Notes under the pieces: model-generated
The model's database searches: none
Told to the model about the DNA's origin: nothing
The model's input: the letters and a program-made list of their open reading frames with translations, nothing else
Position numbers and translations under genes: made by a program
Shown here: piece after piece, positions 18,283 through 28,133 of the stretch
Numbering within the stretch: position 1 is the first letter of the stretch
Layout of the letters: each line of letters begins with the position of its first letter
Source: a virus
IMG/VR virus record: IMGVR_UViG_3300045988_183940
Reading direction: 5' to 3' (one strand)
Length of the DNA stretch: 64,000 nucleotides

Positions 18283-18771
18283 TTACTTAACATATTCAGG
18301 GCTGTCATCAGCCTGAGTTGATACAGATATTCCATTTGTCCCATACTTTACTAAAAGCCTTACAGGAAGCTCTGACTTAACCATGTCGTCGTGAGTATTT
18401 ACAAGTCTTATATGAATATCATAATTATTTTCATCAAGTGCTGTAAGCTCATCAATTTCAACTGATATTACACAGTCATCGCAGTCTTCAAAGCTCTCAG
18501 TAAAGTCTTTTCCATGCTCCCTTATAAACTTTCTGGCAGTTTCCACGTCAGACTTGGAATAATTTTCCGATAATTCACTAAGTCTTTTCTTAAAGCCTTT
18601 TACCGTTTCAGTCTCAGGCTTTGCGAGTTTATACAGTTCAACGCTTAAGTTCTCGGTGCGTTCCTTTGTGATTTCAGGGTCAGCATTTCTGCGTCCAAAT
18701 ACAAATACCGCAAAGAGTATCACGATTACTGCTATTATTCCAAATCCTGCCAGATTCCTGTTAATCTTCAT
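18283..18771 (-). CDS. hypothetical protein with an N-terminal membrane anchor
   Basis: 162-aa ORF with a single N-terminal TM (FGIIAVIVILFAVFVFG). Confidence 0.5.
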   Translation of the reverse strand: MKINRNLAGFGIIAVIVILFAVFVFGRRNADPEITKERTENLSVELYKLAKPETETVKGFKKRLSELSENYSKSDVETARKFIREHGKDFTESFEDCDDCVISVEIDELTALDENNYDIHIRLVNTHDDMVKSELPVRLLVKYGTNGISVSTQADDSPEYVK

Positions 18772-18904
18772 GCCGTCTCCCCTTTCCTAGTTTTAGAATA
18801 TTTATAAAATAAACGCCAGATAAAAAATTCACTGACGTTTATATAGACGAATAACAATGATAACTTATTATACCATAGTTATTATTTTTTGTAAAGTTAT
18901 TAAT

Positions 18905-19423
18905 TTATTTTTCAACAGCCTTTCTGTAAAACGGCATAAACATAATATGCACAAGTTTCCAGAAATCAAGAATATAAACATCCATATCTTCCTCGTACAT
19001 AGTATAGAACCATTTCTTAATCTGCTTCATCACTCTTGTGGCACGCATTTTACCTTTGCCATTAATCTTAAAATGTGAACCTGACATTTCAATTCCAAGC
19101 GGAACATTTACATATTTTGAAGTTCCGACAGCAAACGCAATTAAAAAATATTCAGGTGTAAACGAAGCATTATCATCCTCAATTACAATGTCTGTAACAA
19201 AACCTTTCCTAGCAACAGCAATAAAAGACTTATAAATATCAGAAACAGTAACAGCATCAAGATTATCTTTAATAAAATCTTCCGCTTGAGACTTCTTTTC
19301 AAATGTGATACATATATGTCCTGATTTTCCTTCGATTTTAGACATATATGCTGAACTGTCATTATCCACAAACTTATCCTTAACTAATACAATGCTTTCT
19401 CCTTTAGAATTGTCAAAAAACAT
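18905..19423 (-). CDS. hypothetical protein
   Basis: 172-aa ORF, first gene downstream of the operator-promoter at 19464..19492. Confidence 0.5.
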   Translation of the reverse strand: MFFDNSKGESIVLVKDKFVDNDSSAYMSKIEGKSGHICITFEKKSQAEDFIKDNLDAVTVSDIYKSFIAVARKGFVTDIVIEDDNASFTPEYFLIAFAVGTSKYVNVPLGIEMSGSHFKINGKGKMRATRVMKQIKKWFYTMYEEDMDVYILDFWKLVHIMFMPFYRKAVEK

Positions 19424-19463
19424 AATAAATCAGCTCCATTCATAATTATTTTCTATAATACCT

Positions 19464-19492
19464 ATTATACCATATATTGACAAATTTGTCAA
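19464..19492 (-). promoter_or_regulatory. palindromic operator-promoter cassette (TTGACAAATTTGTCAA-N4-TGGTATAAT)
   Basis: Read on the minus strand: a TTGACA -35 box, a 17-nt spacer, and an extended -10 TGGTATAAT. The -35 box is the left half of a perfect 16-bp palindrome. Confidence 0.5.
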
Positions 19493-19591
19493 CACTTTTT
19501 AACAATATCATATAATGAATTATTGACAGAAATTAAGATATATGATAAAATTATAACAAATATCTTAAAAGGACAAAGGACGTGAAATAAC

Positions 19592-20254
19592 ATGAAAAAA
19601 AAATTTATGATTGGAGTAGCATGTCTTATTGCAATATCATGCACACAGACAGCGACAAAATCATCACATCCAGCACCTGCTGTAAAAGAGGCTGGAACAG
19701 AAAGCATTATACACGGTATAGAAAAACCCCATAATGTCAACAGGAACACAGTATTTGACGAGGATTCAGTTGAGCGTTACGACGAAGGCTCATACCTTAC
19801 GCTTACATTCAGGGGAAAGAAGTTCAGAATGCTTATTTCAACTGAAACACTTGAGCAGAACAGGATTCTTAACAAGGACTTGCCAATAACAGATGAGGTC
19901 GGAGTGCTGTTTGCATACGACAAGTCAAAAATACCATGTGTAAACACAACTCTTCTGGCAGTCCCTGTGGAAGTTATATTTATGGACTCAAATGCAAGAA
20001 TAACAAAGATTGCACGTGAGTCAGGAAGCGTATGTGCCACAACTGGGACGCAGTTTGCAATGATTGTGCCAAAAAACTTTACAATCAGAAATGCGATACA
20101 GCTTAATGACAAAATCAAATTTGCTGACGCTTACAAGAACCAGCCAGCAAGAAACGACGTAGAAAAATCTTCTGAAACGGAAGAATCTAAAAATACTGGC
20201 TCAGAAACACAGAACAGCACTGAAGACAACAGCTCTTCAGAAAACTGGAACTAA
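19592..20254 (+). CDS. lipoprotein
   Basis: Signal peptide with the lipobox LIAISC. Ser/Glu/Asn-rich C-terminus. Confidence 0.6.
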   Translation: MKKKFMIGVACLIAISCTQTATKSSHPAPAVKEAGTESIIHGIEKPHNVNRNTVFDEDSVERYDEGSYLTLTFRGKKFRMLISTETLEQNRILNKDLPITDEVGVLFAYDKSKIPCVNTTLLAVPVEVIFMDSNARITKIARESGSVCATTGTQFAMIVPKNFTIRNAIQLNDKIKFADAYKNQPARNDVEKSSETEESKNTGSETQNSTEDNSSSENWN

Positions 20255-20286
20255 TATCCCCTAATGAAAGGAGATGAATCTAAAGA

Positions 20287-20841
20287 ATGTTCAGAACATT
20301 TATGATAATGATTGTTATGGCAATTGCCATAGCAGCCTACATATTAAGAAAGCTCCCTAATAAAAAAAGCACGGCTATAAAAAAGGAGCTTGAGGGAAAA
20401 CTTCAGGCAATGAAGGAAAATGCTATTAAATACAGAGTCCCTGTTGATGAAATGGAAAGGACAAAGCTTGAAAAAAGAATAAAGGAGCTTTCAGCCGCAA
20501 ACTTTAATTTTGACGCAACCGACTTTGGAATATTCCTTGCAGCATTTATGATAAGCCTATATCTTACAGGGCTTAGCAAGCCACGTGCAATGGTAATATT
20601 TGTGCTTAACACAATACTTTATGGAAGCGGACTTTTCTGGGGAGCTTGCATATTTTATAGAAGCAGGCTTAAAAAGGAAGTTACAATGGGAGCTATGAAC
20701 GCAAAGGACAGAAAGCTAATCTATGAGCAGATGATACTTAAAAATCCTGAATATAAAAAGCTTAACATGATGTGCGACATAATACTTCCGTCAATAGTAA
20801 TACTTGCAGGAATAATATCGCAATTCATGATGAAGCATTAA
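20287..20841 (+). CDS. membrane protein
   Basis: 184 aa with TM helices at the N-terminus and in the middle of the protein. Confidence 0.5.
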   Translation: MFRTFMIMIVMAIAIAAYILRKLPNKKSTAIKKELEGKLQAMKENAIKYRVPVDEMERTKLEKRIKELSAANFNFDATDFGIFLAAFMISLYLTGLSKPRAMVIFVLNTILYGSGLFWGACIFYRSRLKKEVTMGAMNAKDRKLIYEQMILKNPEYKKLNMMCDIILPSIVILAGIISQFMMKH

Positions 20842-20859
20842 AATAGACTTAAAAGGGAA

Positions 20860-21675
20860 GTGATATATGTGATAATGAAAAATGCAAAAAAATATGCAAT
20901 ATTCCCCCTAGTGTCATGCCTTGCCCTTGCAAACACGGGAAGCATGAGCTTTTACGGGGGGATGTCAAAGCCTACACAGAAGGAACGTCTTGCAGCAATA
21001 GCTGGAATAAACCAGACTTCAGAAAAAACAGAAAATGCGTCACCTGTAGCAGCCAATACAGCTGCAAACGCAATACAGAAGGGAATAAAAAATGTAAAAC
21101 AGGAAGCTAACATAACAGGCTCATACAATGGATATGACTTAGCGGAATTTGAAAACCGTGGTGCAGTGCAGATAAACAGAACTTCTGCACATCATACATC
21201 ACCAAGAAGCTCAGGAAGTTCGTTAAGCAGGGAAAAGGAATATAAGCTTGTAAACTATATACATACTCAGAACCCAAAGCTGACAAAAGAAGAAATCTAC
21301 GGAATACTTGAAAAGGTATGGCGGCATTCAAGGAACTACAAGATGAATCCATATCTTGTGCTTGCAGTAATGAACACTGAAAGCAACTTCAAGCACTCGA
21401 CTGTGTCAAGAGCTGGTGCTATGGGACTTATGCAGCTTATGGACTTTAACATACGGGAGTTTGGAGTTGACAACTCTGTAGAGGGTAACATAAAGGGCGG
21501 AGTAATGCACCTTGCTAGGGACTATTATTCCCATGACAGAAGCATAGTAAAGACACTTGTGTGCTACAACGCTGGATGTGGAAGGCTTCCAAATGACGCT
21601 TGGAAAAATATTAAGGAAACAAGGGAATACATCCCTAAAGTAAAAAAATACTTCGACAGGATTGTCTCACTTTAA
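20860..21675 (+). CDS. lytic transglycosylase (SLT domain), VirB1-like
   Basis: SLT motif ESNFKHSTVSRAGAMGLMQLM. Signal peptide. The start may be the ATG at 20875 (MKNAKKY...). Confidence 0.8.
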   Translation: MIYVIMKNAKKYAIFPLVSCLALANTGSMSFYGGMSKPTQKERLAAIAGINQTSEKTENASPVAANTAANAIQKGIKNVKQEANITGSYNGYDLAEFENRGAVQINRTSAHHTSPRSSGSSLSREKEYKLVNYIHTQNPKLTKEEIYGILEKVWRHSRNYKMNPYLVLAVMNTESNFKHSTVSRAGAMGLMQLMDFNIREFGVDNSVEGNIKGGVMHLARDYYSHDRSIVKTLVCYNAGCGRLPNDAWKNIKETREYIPKVKKYFDRIVSL

Positions 21676-21704
21676 AAAGGAACAGTCCGTGAAAGGAACA
21701 TAAA

Positions 21705-22292
21705 ATGTTTTATGAACTATATATGCGTGGAACAAGCCTAATGCCCACGCTCAAGATATTTAAGATTGTAATGCTGTGCTTCATGCTGATTGGAGTTATA
21801 GCGGTTATTGCAAAGATATTCTCAGAAAAAGCACCTTGGGACAAGTCTTGGAAGCCTGTCGCTCTTCTTGCGTTCCTTGTAGGAATACTTGGATGGTCTC
21901 TTGGTACTGACATTTATAACGAGTCAAAGTTCAACCGTGACTTTGAGACTTTCATAAAGTCCTACAAGGGAAGCCATTACTATGGACAGGTTAAGGACTA
22001 CGACTTGCGTAACAGGGTTATAATAACACGTAACCTGTATTCCAATGAGTACTACCCAAAAGTTCTTGCTGTAAAGGACAAAATAAGGGGGTATGTTGAC
22101 GACAACAGGATAAGGTATGGAAGTTCTGACATGGAAACTTTATCAATGCTTGCTGTTGACACAAATATAAAAAATGGTATACGTGAAGGAAAATATATAA
22201 TGAGCAAGCAGTCAAAGGCTGCAACTCAGATGATATGCCAGAATGTGCTAAGAGGAGAAAAGCAGTGCAAAAAATATCTTACATACAAATAA
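21705..22292 (+). CDS. membrane protein
   Basis: 195 aa with two N-terminal TM helices. Confidence 0.5.
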   Translation: MFYELYMRGTSLMPTLKIFKIVMLCFMLIGVIAVIAKIFSEKAPWDKSWKPVALLAFLVGILGWSLGTDIYNESKFNRDFETFIKSYKGSHYYGQVKDYDLRNRVIITRNLYSNEYYPKVLAVKDKIRGYVDDNRIRYGSSDMETLSMLAVDTNIKNGIREGKYIMSKQSKAATQMICQNVLRGEKQCKKYLTYK

Positions 22293-22305
22293 ACTATAGA
22301 AAGGG

Positions 22306-22797
22306 GTGCGGAATATGTATAACAAGCAATATGAAAACCCATATATGAAAGAGCATATAACGAACCTCAAGCCTATTGGGGAAAAGTTGAAAGACGAACG
22401 TTTTCTTAGGCGTATGTCCCTTGCACAGATGGGACAGCTTATGGGAGTCTCTGGAATACAGATAATGTACTACGAGGAAAAGGACAGGCATATAAGATAT
22501 GACATACTGAAAAAGTATGCCGAAAAGCTGGAAAAAAGCATTGATGAATTTCTTCCTTACTGCAAGATTGTTGAATATCCGAACAATGAAAAGACTGGAG
22601 AAATATTAAAATCTGCACGGGAAAAAAGCGGAAAGACAATGCAGAGTGTGTGCCTTGACCTTGGAATATCCTTTATGAGCCTTTACAGGTATGAAAATTC
22701 GGAAAACAGGTATATAAGAAGCGATATAATAGAAATGTTTGAGAAATATTACTCTCTTGAAAAAGGGGTGCTGCTTAATGCTTGTTTACCGAACTAA
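22306..22797 (+). CDS. tandem helix-turn-helix (XRE-type) transcriptional regulator
   Basis: Two HTH_XRE-like units (MSLAQMGQLMGVSGIQIMYYE and KTMQSVCLDLGISFMSLYRYE). Confidence 0.6.
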   Translation: MRNMYNKQYENPYMKEHITNLKPIGEKLKDERFLRRMSLAQMGQLMGVSGIQIMYYEEKDRHIRYDILKKYAEKLEKSIDEFLPYCKIVEYPNNEKTGEILKSAREKSGKTMQSVCLDLGISFMSLYRYENSENRYIRSDIIEMFEKYYSLEKGVLLNACLPN

Positions 22798-23467
22798 GAT
22801 TTACTATGATAAAATACCGAGCGTGAATAACGCTTGGCGTGCAACACAAAAACTTGGGCTAGTTCCGACAGAGGCTTTCAAGAAATTTAAGGCTGTTGTC
22901 AGCGAAAAGATATATAAGGAATATGCAGACAGGGACGTTATTGGAAGCAGGCTTCTTGTAATAATAAAGCTTGGGTTCACAAACTATGTAAAACGGGATG
23001 TGGACAACTATAACAAGGTTATCCTTGACACGTTCAAGGAGATAGTCTTTGCGGATGACTCTCAAGTTGACGTGCTTCTTAACACAAAGACTATGAATGT
23101 GGAAAAGGAGTACTTTGAAATTATAATTGATGATGACATATCCTCAATATTTAATTTACGGAATTATCTAAACAACGATGAGATTGAGGAGATAAAGGAA
23201 TCAAACAAGTACCAGAACAAGGCTGACAAGAAAAAGGACATTGTTACACCAACGTCAGCAAAAGATACTCTAGGTAAAAAAATAAAAATTTTAAGGGACT
23301 CAAAGAACTGGACTTTAAAACATCTGGCTAAAAAGCTGGAGATAGAAGAAAATGTATTAATCCATTTTGAGACGGATATAAGAAAGCCGACCAAGAAAAT
23401 GGTAAAGAAAATAGAAACGCTTTTTGGACTTAGCGAAGGCTTTCTTGAAGACATGATAAAAAGATAG
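22778..23467 (+). CDS. RusA-like Holliday-junction resolvase domain fused to a C-terminal XRE-type HTH
   Basis: N-terminal ...PSVNNAWR...DVDNYNKVILDTFKEIVFADDSQV matches the RusA DxDN/DD signature. C-terminal LKHLAKKLEIEENVLIHFE is an HTH. Start taken at the ATG (MLVYRTK) with an upstream RBS. Confidence 0.55.
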   Translation: MLVYRTKIYYDKIPSVNNAWRATQKLGLVPTEAFKKFKAVVSEKIYKEYADRDVIGSRLLVIIKLGFTNYVKRDVDNYNKVILDTFKEIVFADDSQVDVLLNTKTMNVEKEYFEIIIDDDISSIFNLRNYLNNDEIEEIKESNKYQNKADKKKDIVTPTSAKDTLGKKIKILRDSKNWTLKHLAKKLEIEENVLIHFETDIRKPTKKMVKKIETLFGLSEGFLEDMIKR

Positions 23468-23484
23468 GAAAGGAAGAATTTAAA

Positions 23485-24120
23485 ATGAACCTTATTGAAT
23501 ACGAAATAACAAAGAACAGGGAACTTGATGACTTTTCAAAGGAAACATGGATGTATGCAAGAAGCCTGCATAAAGCAATAAGCCTTGTACTTACTGGAGT
23601 TGCCGTAATACTTATGATTATGACACCCACATTAAAAGGCACTGTGCAGACTCTATCCATAATCCTTGCATTTCTTATGATAGTTGACTTTAGCCTTACA
23701 ATATTTATACCACGCTATCTTGATACAAAGGCATATATGCTTGTTGCAAGGAAAATGAAGCTAAAGACAATGGAAATGATTAGCGAGGCAAGATTAAAGG
23801 AAATTGAGCTTGTGCTTCCTGTTCCAGATAAAAAACTTTCAAACTACAACCAGAGCATATATTCTGAAATAATGTCCATATCCCAGTATATAAAAAACAA
23901 CAACATTAGGGCAGAACTAAAGGATATAGCATTAATTTCAGCAATATCAGTAACACAGAAAACATCAGCAAAACTGGTTAAGCCTTATGCAATTACAGAA
24001 AGACAGAAAGAAATAATTAAAAAACTTGAAAAATATTACAGAATTGACATTGAAAAATACTGTGATGTCAAGGATTCCGTATCAGGAGAATATGAGCTAA
24101 GGCTTGACTTTAAAAAATAA
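23485..24120 (+). CDS. membrane protein
   Basis: 211 aa with two TM helices near the N-terminus. Confidence 0.5.
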   Translation: MNLIEYEITKNRELDDFSKETWMYARSLHKAISLVLTGVAVILMIMTPTLKGTVQTLSIILAFLMIVDFSLTIFIPRYLDTKAYMLVARKMKLKTMEMISEARLKEIELVLPVPDKKLSNYNQSIYSEIMSISQYIKNNNIRAELKDIALISAISVTQKTSAKLVKPYAITERQKEIIKKLEKYYRIDIEKYCDVKDSVSGEYELRLDFKK

Positions 24121-24127
24121 ATTAGAC

Positions 24128-24151
24128 AGAGGCGTTAGTGCCTCTTTTTTA
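24128..24151 (+). terminator. rho-independent terminator
   Basis: Stem AGAGGC/GCCTCT followed by T6. Confidence 0.6.
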
Positions 24152-24169
24152 GAAAGAAGATGATATGAA

Positions 24170-25264
24170 ATGACAGAAATAGAAAACTATGACGCAAAAA
24201 AATCGCTTAATGAAAACCAGTCAATTCTTTTACGTGTTCAGGGTTTTGACAACTTTAAAATAAAGGAAGAACATTCTGAAACACAAAGCACTGTATCAGC
24301 GTCATTTACAAAGGCTTTACCAATGGCAATATTCACACCCTTTATCTTAAATGAGCAGCGAAAGGCTAAGGAGCTTGAATATGAGAAGCAGAAAACTGTA
24401 ATTGACTTTAAGGACAGATATGAGCTTGACGACTACATGCTAAGGCTCTTCACTGGCTGGAGCATAAACGAGCTTCTAAAGGACAAGGAGCGTCTTGAAA
24501 GGACAATGAATAACATTGCACGGTTCAGGAACGAAAAGTTTGTCATGACAGACACAGACTTTGATGATATAAAGTCAAACCTTATTTATGATACAATGTA
24601 TAAGTATATGTCAAATGAATATAAGAAAAAAGTTCCTGCAAAAATCTTGACATCTGAAAAGAAAAGTTTTAAGGACTGCTATAGACTTGACAGCGATGGA
24701 AATTATCAGATTAAGGATGAATTTTACGACTATACAGAGAGCCGCATAACTGAAATAAAGGACGTGCTTGAGGAAAACCTGCATACAATATATATTAATG
24801 CAGATGTTATAAAAAATGTCTATTCAGTAGCGAATGGAAATATGTGTGCAAGATTCACAATATCAAGGAACGATATAAAGGCATATACAGTCAAGACTGA
24901 CAAGTTTAAGAACTTCTGCCAGACACTAATATCTGACGAGAATTTCCTTAAGAAAAGAATATCATACTTGATACAGGAAAATGATAATATTTCTGATATT
25001 ACAGAAAAAAAATACCAGCCATACAGGGAAATATCAAGAAATTTCATAAGGCATACCCCATACCTCATGTGTGGAGAACAAGTTGCGGAATACAACGAAA
25101 TATACAACGTAATGCTTACAGAATACAGAAAGATGAAAGAGCCTAAAGAAATTTTATTTAATCTAAGGCTTATGAGAAAATTCCCTTTAGATATGGCTGA
25201 CGAAAAGAACATAAATACTATAAAAAGACTTTACAGTGAAATAGTAAAGGCGGAAGAGAAGTAA
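24170..25264 (+). CDS. hypothetical protein
   Basis: 364-aa ORF. No motif recognised. Confidence 0.5.
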   Translation: MTEIENYDAKKSLNENQSILLRVQGFDNFKIKEEHSETQSTVSASFTKALPMAIFTPFILNEQRKAKELEYEKQKTVIDFKDRYELDDYMLRLFTGWSINELLKDKERLERTMNNIARFRNEKFVMTDTDFDDIKSNLIYDTMYKYMSNEYKKKVPAKILTSEKKSFKDCYRLDSDGNYQIKDEFYDYTESRITEIKDVLEENLHTIYINADVIKNVYSVANGNMCARFTISRNDIKAYTVKTDKFKNFCQTLISDENFLKKRISYLIQENDNISDITEKKYQPYREISRNFIRHTPYLMCGEQVAEYNEIYNVMLTEYRKMKEPKEILFNLRLMRKFPLDMADEKNINTIKRLYSEIVKAEEK

Positions 25265-25287
25265 GGCTAAAAAGCCTTATTTTTTAT

Positions 25288-25316
25288 TTGACTAATATTA
25301 AGAGATATGATATAAT
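25288..25316 (+). promoter_or_regulatory. sigma70 promoter (TTGACT-N17-TGATATAAT) for the helicase gene
   Basis: Consensus spacing and an extended -10. The 30-mer is nearly identical to the promoter at 29193..29221. Confidence 0.5.
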
Positions 25317-25351
25317 TATTTTATAAAAACTGAAAAAAGGAGAAATTAAAA

Positions 25352-27931
25352 ATGAACATACGTGAAATAATAGAAGACATTTTCGGAATTAACGGAAAAT
25401 CATCTTTTCTTGAGAAAACTAATCCTAAATTCAAGATACGTCCACAGCAGAACGATGTGATAAAAGAAGTGCTTAACGCAATGGAAGATGATGATATTAA
25501 GAATATTCTGATGGAAGCTCCGACAGGAACTGGTAAGACATTCATTTACTCATACATTGCAATACTTGACTACCTGTTAAGGCTGTATGGGACAAAGTTT
25601 CAGGAAGAATTTGAAAAAATGACTCAAAAACCATATATCTGCATAGTTACAAACAACAAGGCACTACAGAAGCAGCTTGCAACTGACCTTGACAAAGTAA
25701 TAATACCTACCCTTATAAAATATTTTAACCATAAGTCAAAAGAGGAAAAGGCTTATGAAAAGCTGTCAAGTCTAGCACAGACCTATTTAAAGCTTGGCGT
25801 ATACAAGTCAAAATCAAATTATCTGTGCTCAACGTTATTTAACCGTTATGCTTCAAGGGACGACAACGTAGGAAGCAGAACTGTAGCACATATAAGAAAA
25901 GCTCAAATTAGTCAGGGAACTTTAAGCATTGACTACGACATGCTTGACAGGACAGATGAAAAGGGAAACTTCGTAGCTGATGACAAGGTGCTTGCTGAGC
26001 TTTCATGCAGAAACTCAGACCCTAAGACGTGTGATGATAAGAACTGCAAGTGCCACAGGAAGCTGGAGCATGCGAATATAATGATAACAAACTATGATTA
26101 TATTTTTCTTCTATCAAGGGTTATCAAACTTGACTTCATTAAGACTTTCGTATTTGACGAATGCCATAATATGCCACAGAAACTTATAAACAACAGCGAG
26201 GAGTCGTTCAATGTAATTGATTTTCACAAAAACATAGAGGCTACAAAAAGTGAAATATCAAAAAGCAAGGAAGTTGAAGACTTTTCAATAATGCTTGAGA
26301 TGGTAACAATTCCAATGATTAAAAAAATTTTTGAAAAAAATTCTTCCAAAGGTACAGTAAATATAACTTTTGGGATAGACAAGAACACCCTTAAGGAATA
26401 TAATGTTACAGATTCAACACTTCCTTTTGAAACAGGGAAGCCAAACTCACAAAGAATGGCAGAACTTCTTTCAGACGAGATGAAAAAAGCCAAAGAAATA
26501 ATAACACAGCTTGACGAAAAGGAATCTGTAAATGAAATTATAAAAATATACAGACGTGAAACTGCTGAGATGGTTCTCTCGCTTCTACGTGCAATAGCAA
26601 CCGTAAGAAACGAAGGCAATATACAGCCTATAAGAAATGAGATAAGCGTGTATAAAAGCAGCATTAAGATAAAAGGGCTATGTGAAAACTGCAAGGATGT
26701 TGTTGAGGAAAATCTTCTTGAAAGATATGGCTTTGAGTCAATGAGTGATGTGCAGGAGCTTGACGATAAGGAAATGGCTTTACTTGAAAACCTTTTTGCA
26801 GGTTCAGAGATTATAAAGGAAGCCTACAGACGGGCACACAGAATTGAGAAGACATTATCTCAGGCAATTCAGCACTCACGTACAATAAAGTACCTTAAAA
26901 AGTATATGGGATATATAAGACAGCTTATTGAGATACTTGAAGGCAAAAGGGATGAAGTTGACGAAGAATATGCAAATCCAGATGTCATAATACTGGAGTT
27001 CTTTAATGAAGACATACTGAACATAACAAAGATAAATGATGTAACGCCTGAACTTTATTCAAAGTTTCTAGGGCAGTCTGACGCACAGAAGATAATATAC
27101 AGCTCAGCTACAATGACAACTAACGGGAACTACAAATTCTTTATGGAACAGCTTGGACTTGAAGATGACAATACTTGGTGCTGTGATATTCCTGAGTCTC
27201 CTTTTGACAAGAGAAACAGGCAATGGATTTTCTTAAGCCATGAACTTGCCTCAAAAAATTCATACGGCAGCAAAGAGCAGAACTACAAGGAAATATTACG
27301 AACTGAACTTTCAGATATAGCTAGTGCCAATCCAAATGGAACTCTTGTACTCTGCACAAGCAGGGACGACGTAAAGAACGCCTATGAGTGCATAAAAGGA
27401 ATGAAGTCAAGAAGCGTACACTCGCAGTACGTCTCAGCACTGCCTACGATAATGCACGAAGCACACAACGGAAAAAATCCTGCTGTTGTAATTGGCAACA
27501 CAGGATTCTGGGAAGGGCTTGACATGCAAGGGGAAATAATGACAATGGTTGTAATTTCAAAACTGCCATTTCCTCAAGTATCAAACCCACAAATAATAAG
27601 TTATTATTCAAGAGCTATGTTTTTTAAAATAGAAAAGCATAAGAGAGGAAATGTTTCATCAAAACATTGGAATTACTACACAAATCTAATGAAAATAACT
27701 TTTTATCAAGGAATTGGAAGGCTTTTACGAGGAGTATCTGATTACGGAGTTATTCTTTGCTTGTTTTCAAAAAGGAATGGGCTTTTAAAAAATAATTGGT
27801 TCAAAGAAAGTGACATCCATTTAGGCTTTACAGCTACAAATACAGTTGAAGCGGCAAACATGGAGCAAGTTTGCAAAATAATTGAGTTTTCAATGAAAGC
27901 AACTAAAAAGAATGCTGAAAAGTATAAATAA
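25352..27931 (+). CDS. Rad3/XPD/DinG-family 5'-3' DNA helicase with an FeS-cluster domain
   Basis: Walker A APTGTGKTF. Four-Cys cluster CRNSDPKTCDDKNCKC. Then ITNYDYIFL and the DEAH box VFDECHN. Confidence 0.85.
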   Translation: MNIREIIEDIFGINGKSSFLEKTNPKFKIRPQQNDVIKEVLNAMEDDDIKNILMEAPTGTGKTFIYSYIAILDYLLRLYGTKFQEEFEKMTQKPYICIVTNNKALQKQLATDLDKVIIPTLIKYFNHKSKEEKAYEKLSSLAQTYLKLGVYKSKSNYLCSTLFNRYASRDDNVGSRTVAHIRKAQISQGTLSIDYDMLDRTDEKGNFVADDKVLAELSCRNSDPKTCDDKNCKCHRKLEHANIMITNYDYIFLLSRVIKLDFIKTFVFDECHNMPQKLINNSEESFNVIDFHKNIEATKSEISKSKEVEDFSIMLEMVTIPMIKKIFEKNSSKGTVNITFGIDKNTLKEYNVTDSTLPFETGKPNSQRMAELLSDEMKKAKEIITQLDEKESVNEIIKIYRRETAEMVLSLLRAIATVRNEGNIQPIRNEISVYKSSIKIKGLCENCKDVVEENLLERYGFESMSDVQELDDKEMALLENLFAGSEIIKEAYRRAHRIEKTLSQAIQHSRTIKYLKKYMGYIRQLIEILEGKRDEVDEEYANPDVIILEFFNEDILNITKINDVTPELYSKFLGQSDAQKIIYSSATMTTNGNYKFFMEQLGLEDDNTWCCDIPESPFDKRNRQWIFLSHELASKNSYGSKEQNYKEILRTELSDIASANPNGTLVLCTSRDDVKNAYECIKGMKSRSVHSQYVSALPTIMHEAHNGKNPAVVIGNTGFWEGLDMQGEIMTMVVISKLPFPQVSNPQIISYYSRAMFFKIEKHKRGNVSSKHWNYYTNLMKITFYQGIGRLLRGVSDYGVILCLFSKRNGLLKNNWFKESDIHLGFTATNTVEAANMEQVCKIIEFSMKATKKNAEKYK

Positions 27932-28021
27932 AAAACATATTGACACAAATTATAATATATGATATAATATGTTGTATAATAAATTATAGAAAGGAGAACC
28001 CCTTTATTCTTTATTTTTGAG

Positions 28022-28048
28022 AGACGCTTTAAAAAGAGCGTCTTTTTT
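28022..28048 (+). terminator. rho-independent terminator
   Basis: Stem AGACGC/GCGTCT followed by T6. It lies between two promoters in the 27940..28130 leader region. Confidence 0.55.
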
Positions 28049-28133
28049 AATTAAATTTTAAGTTGACATATATTAAGTGATGTGATATAATGCACTCATA
28101 AAATGAAAGACAAATTAAATTATAATATAAAAG

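Noticed and set aside
22739-22777. Upstream start (22739) for the RusA-HTH gene
   Set aside because: It would overlap the preceding regulator gene by 59 nt. An internal ATG at 22778 has an RBS and begins right at the RusA-like domain.
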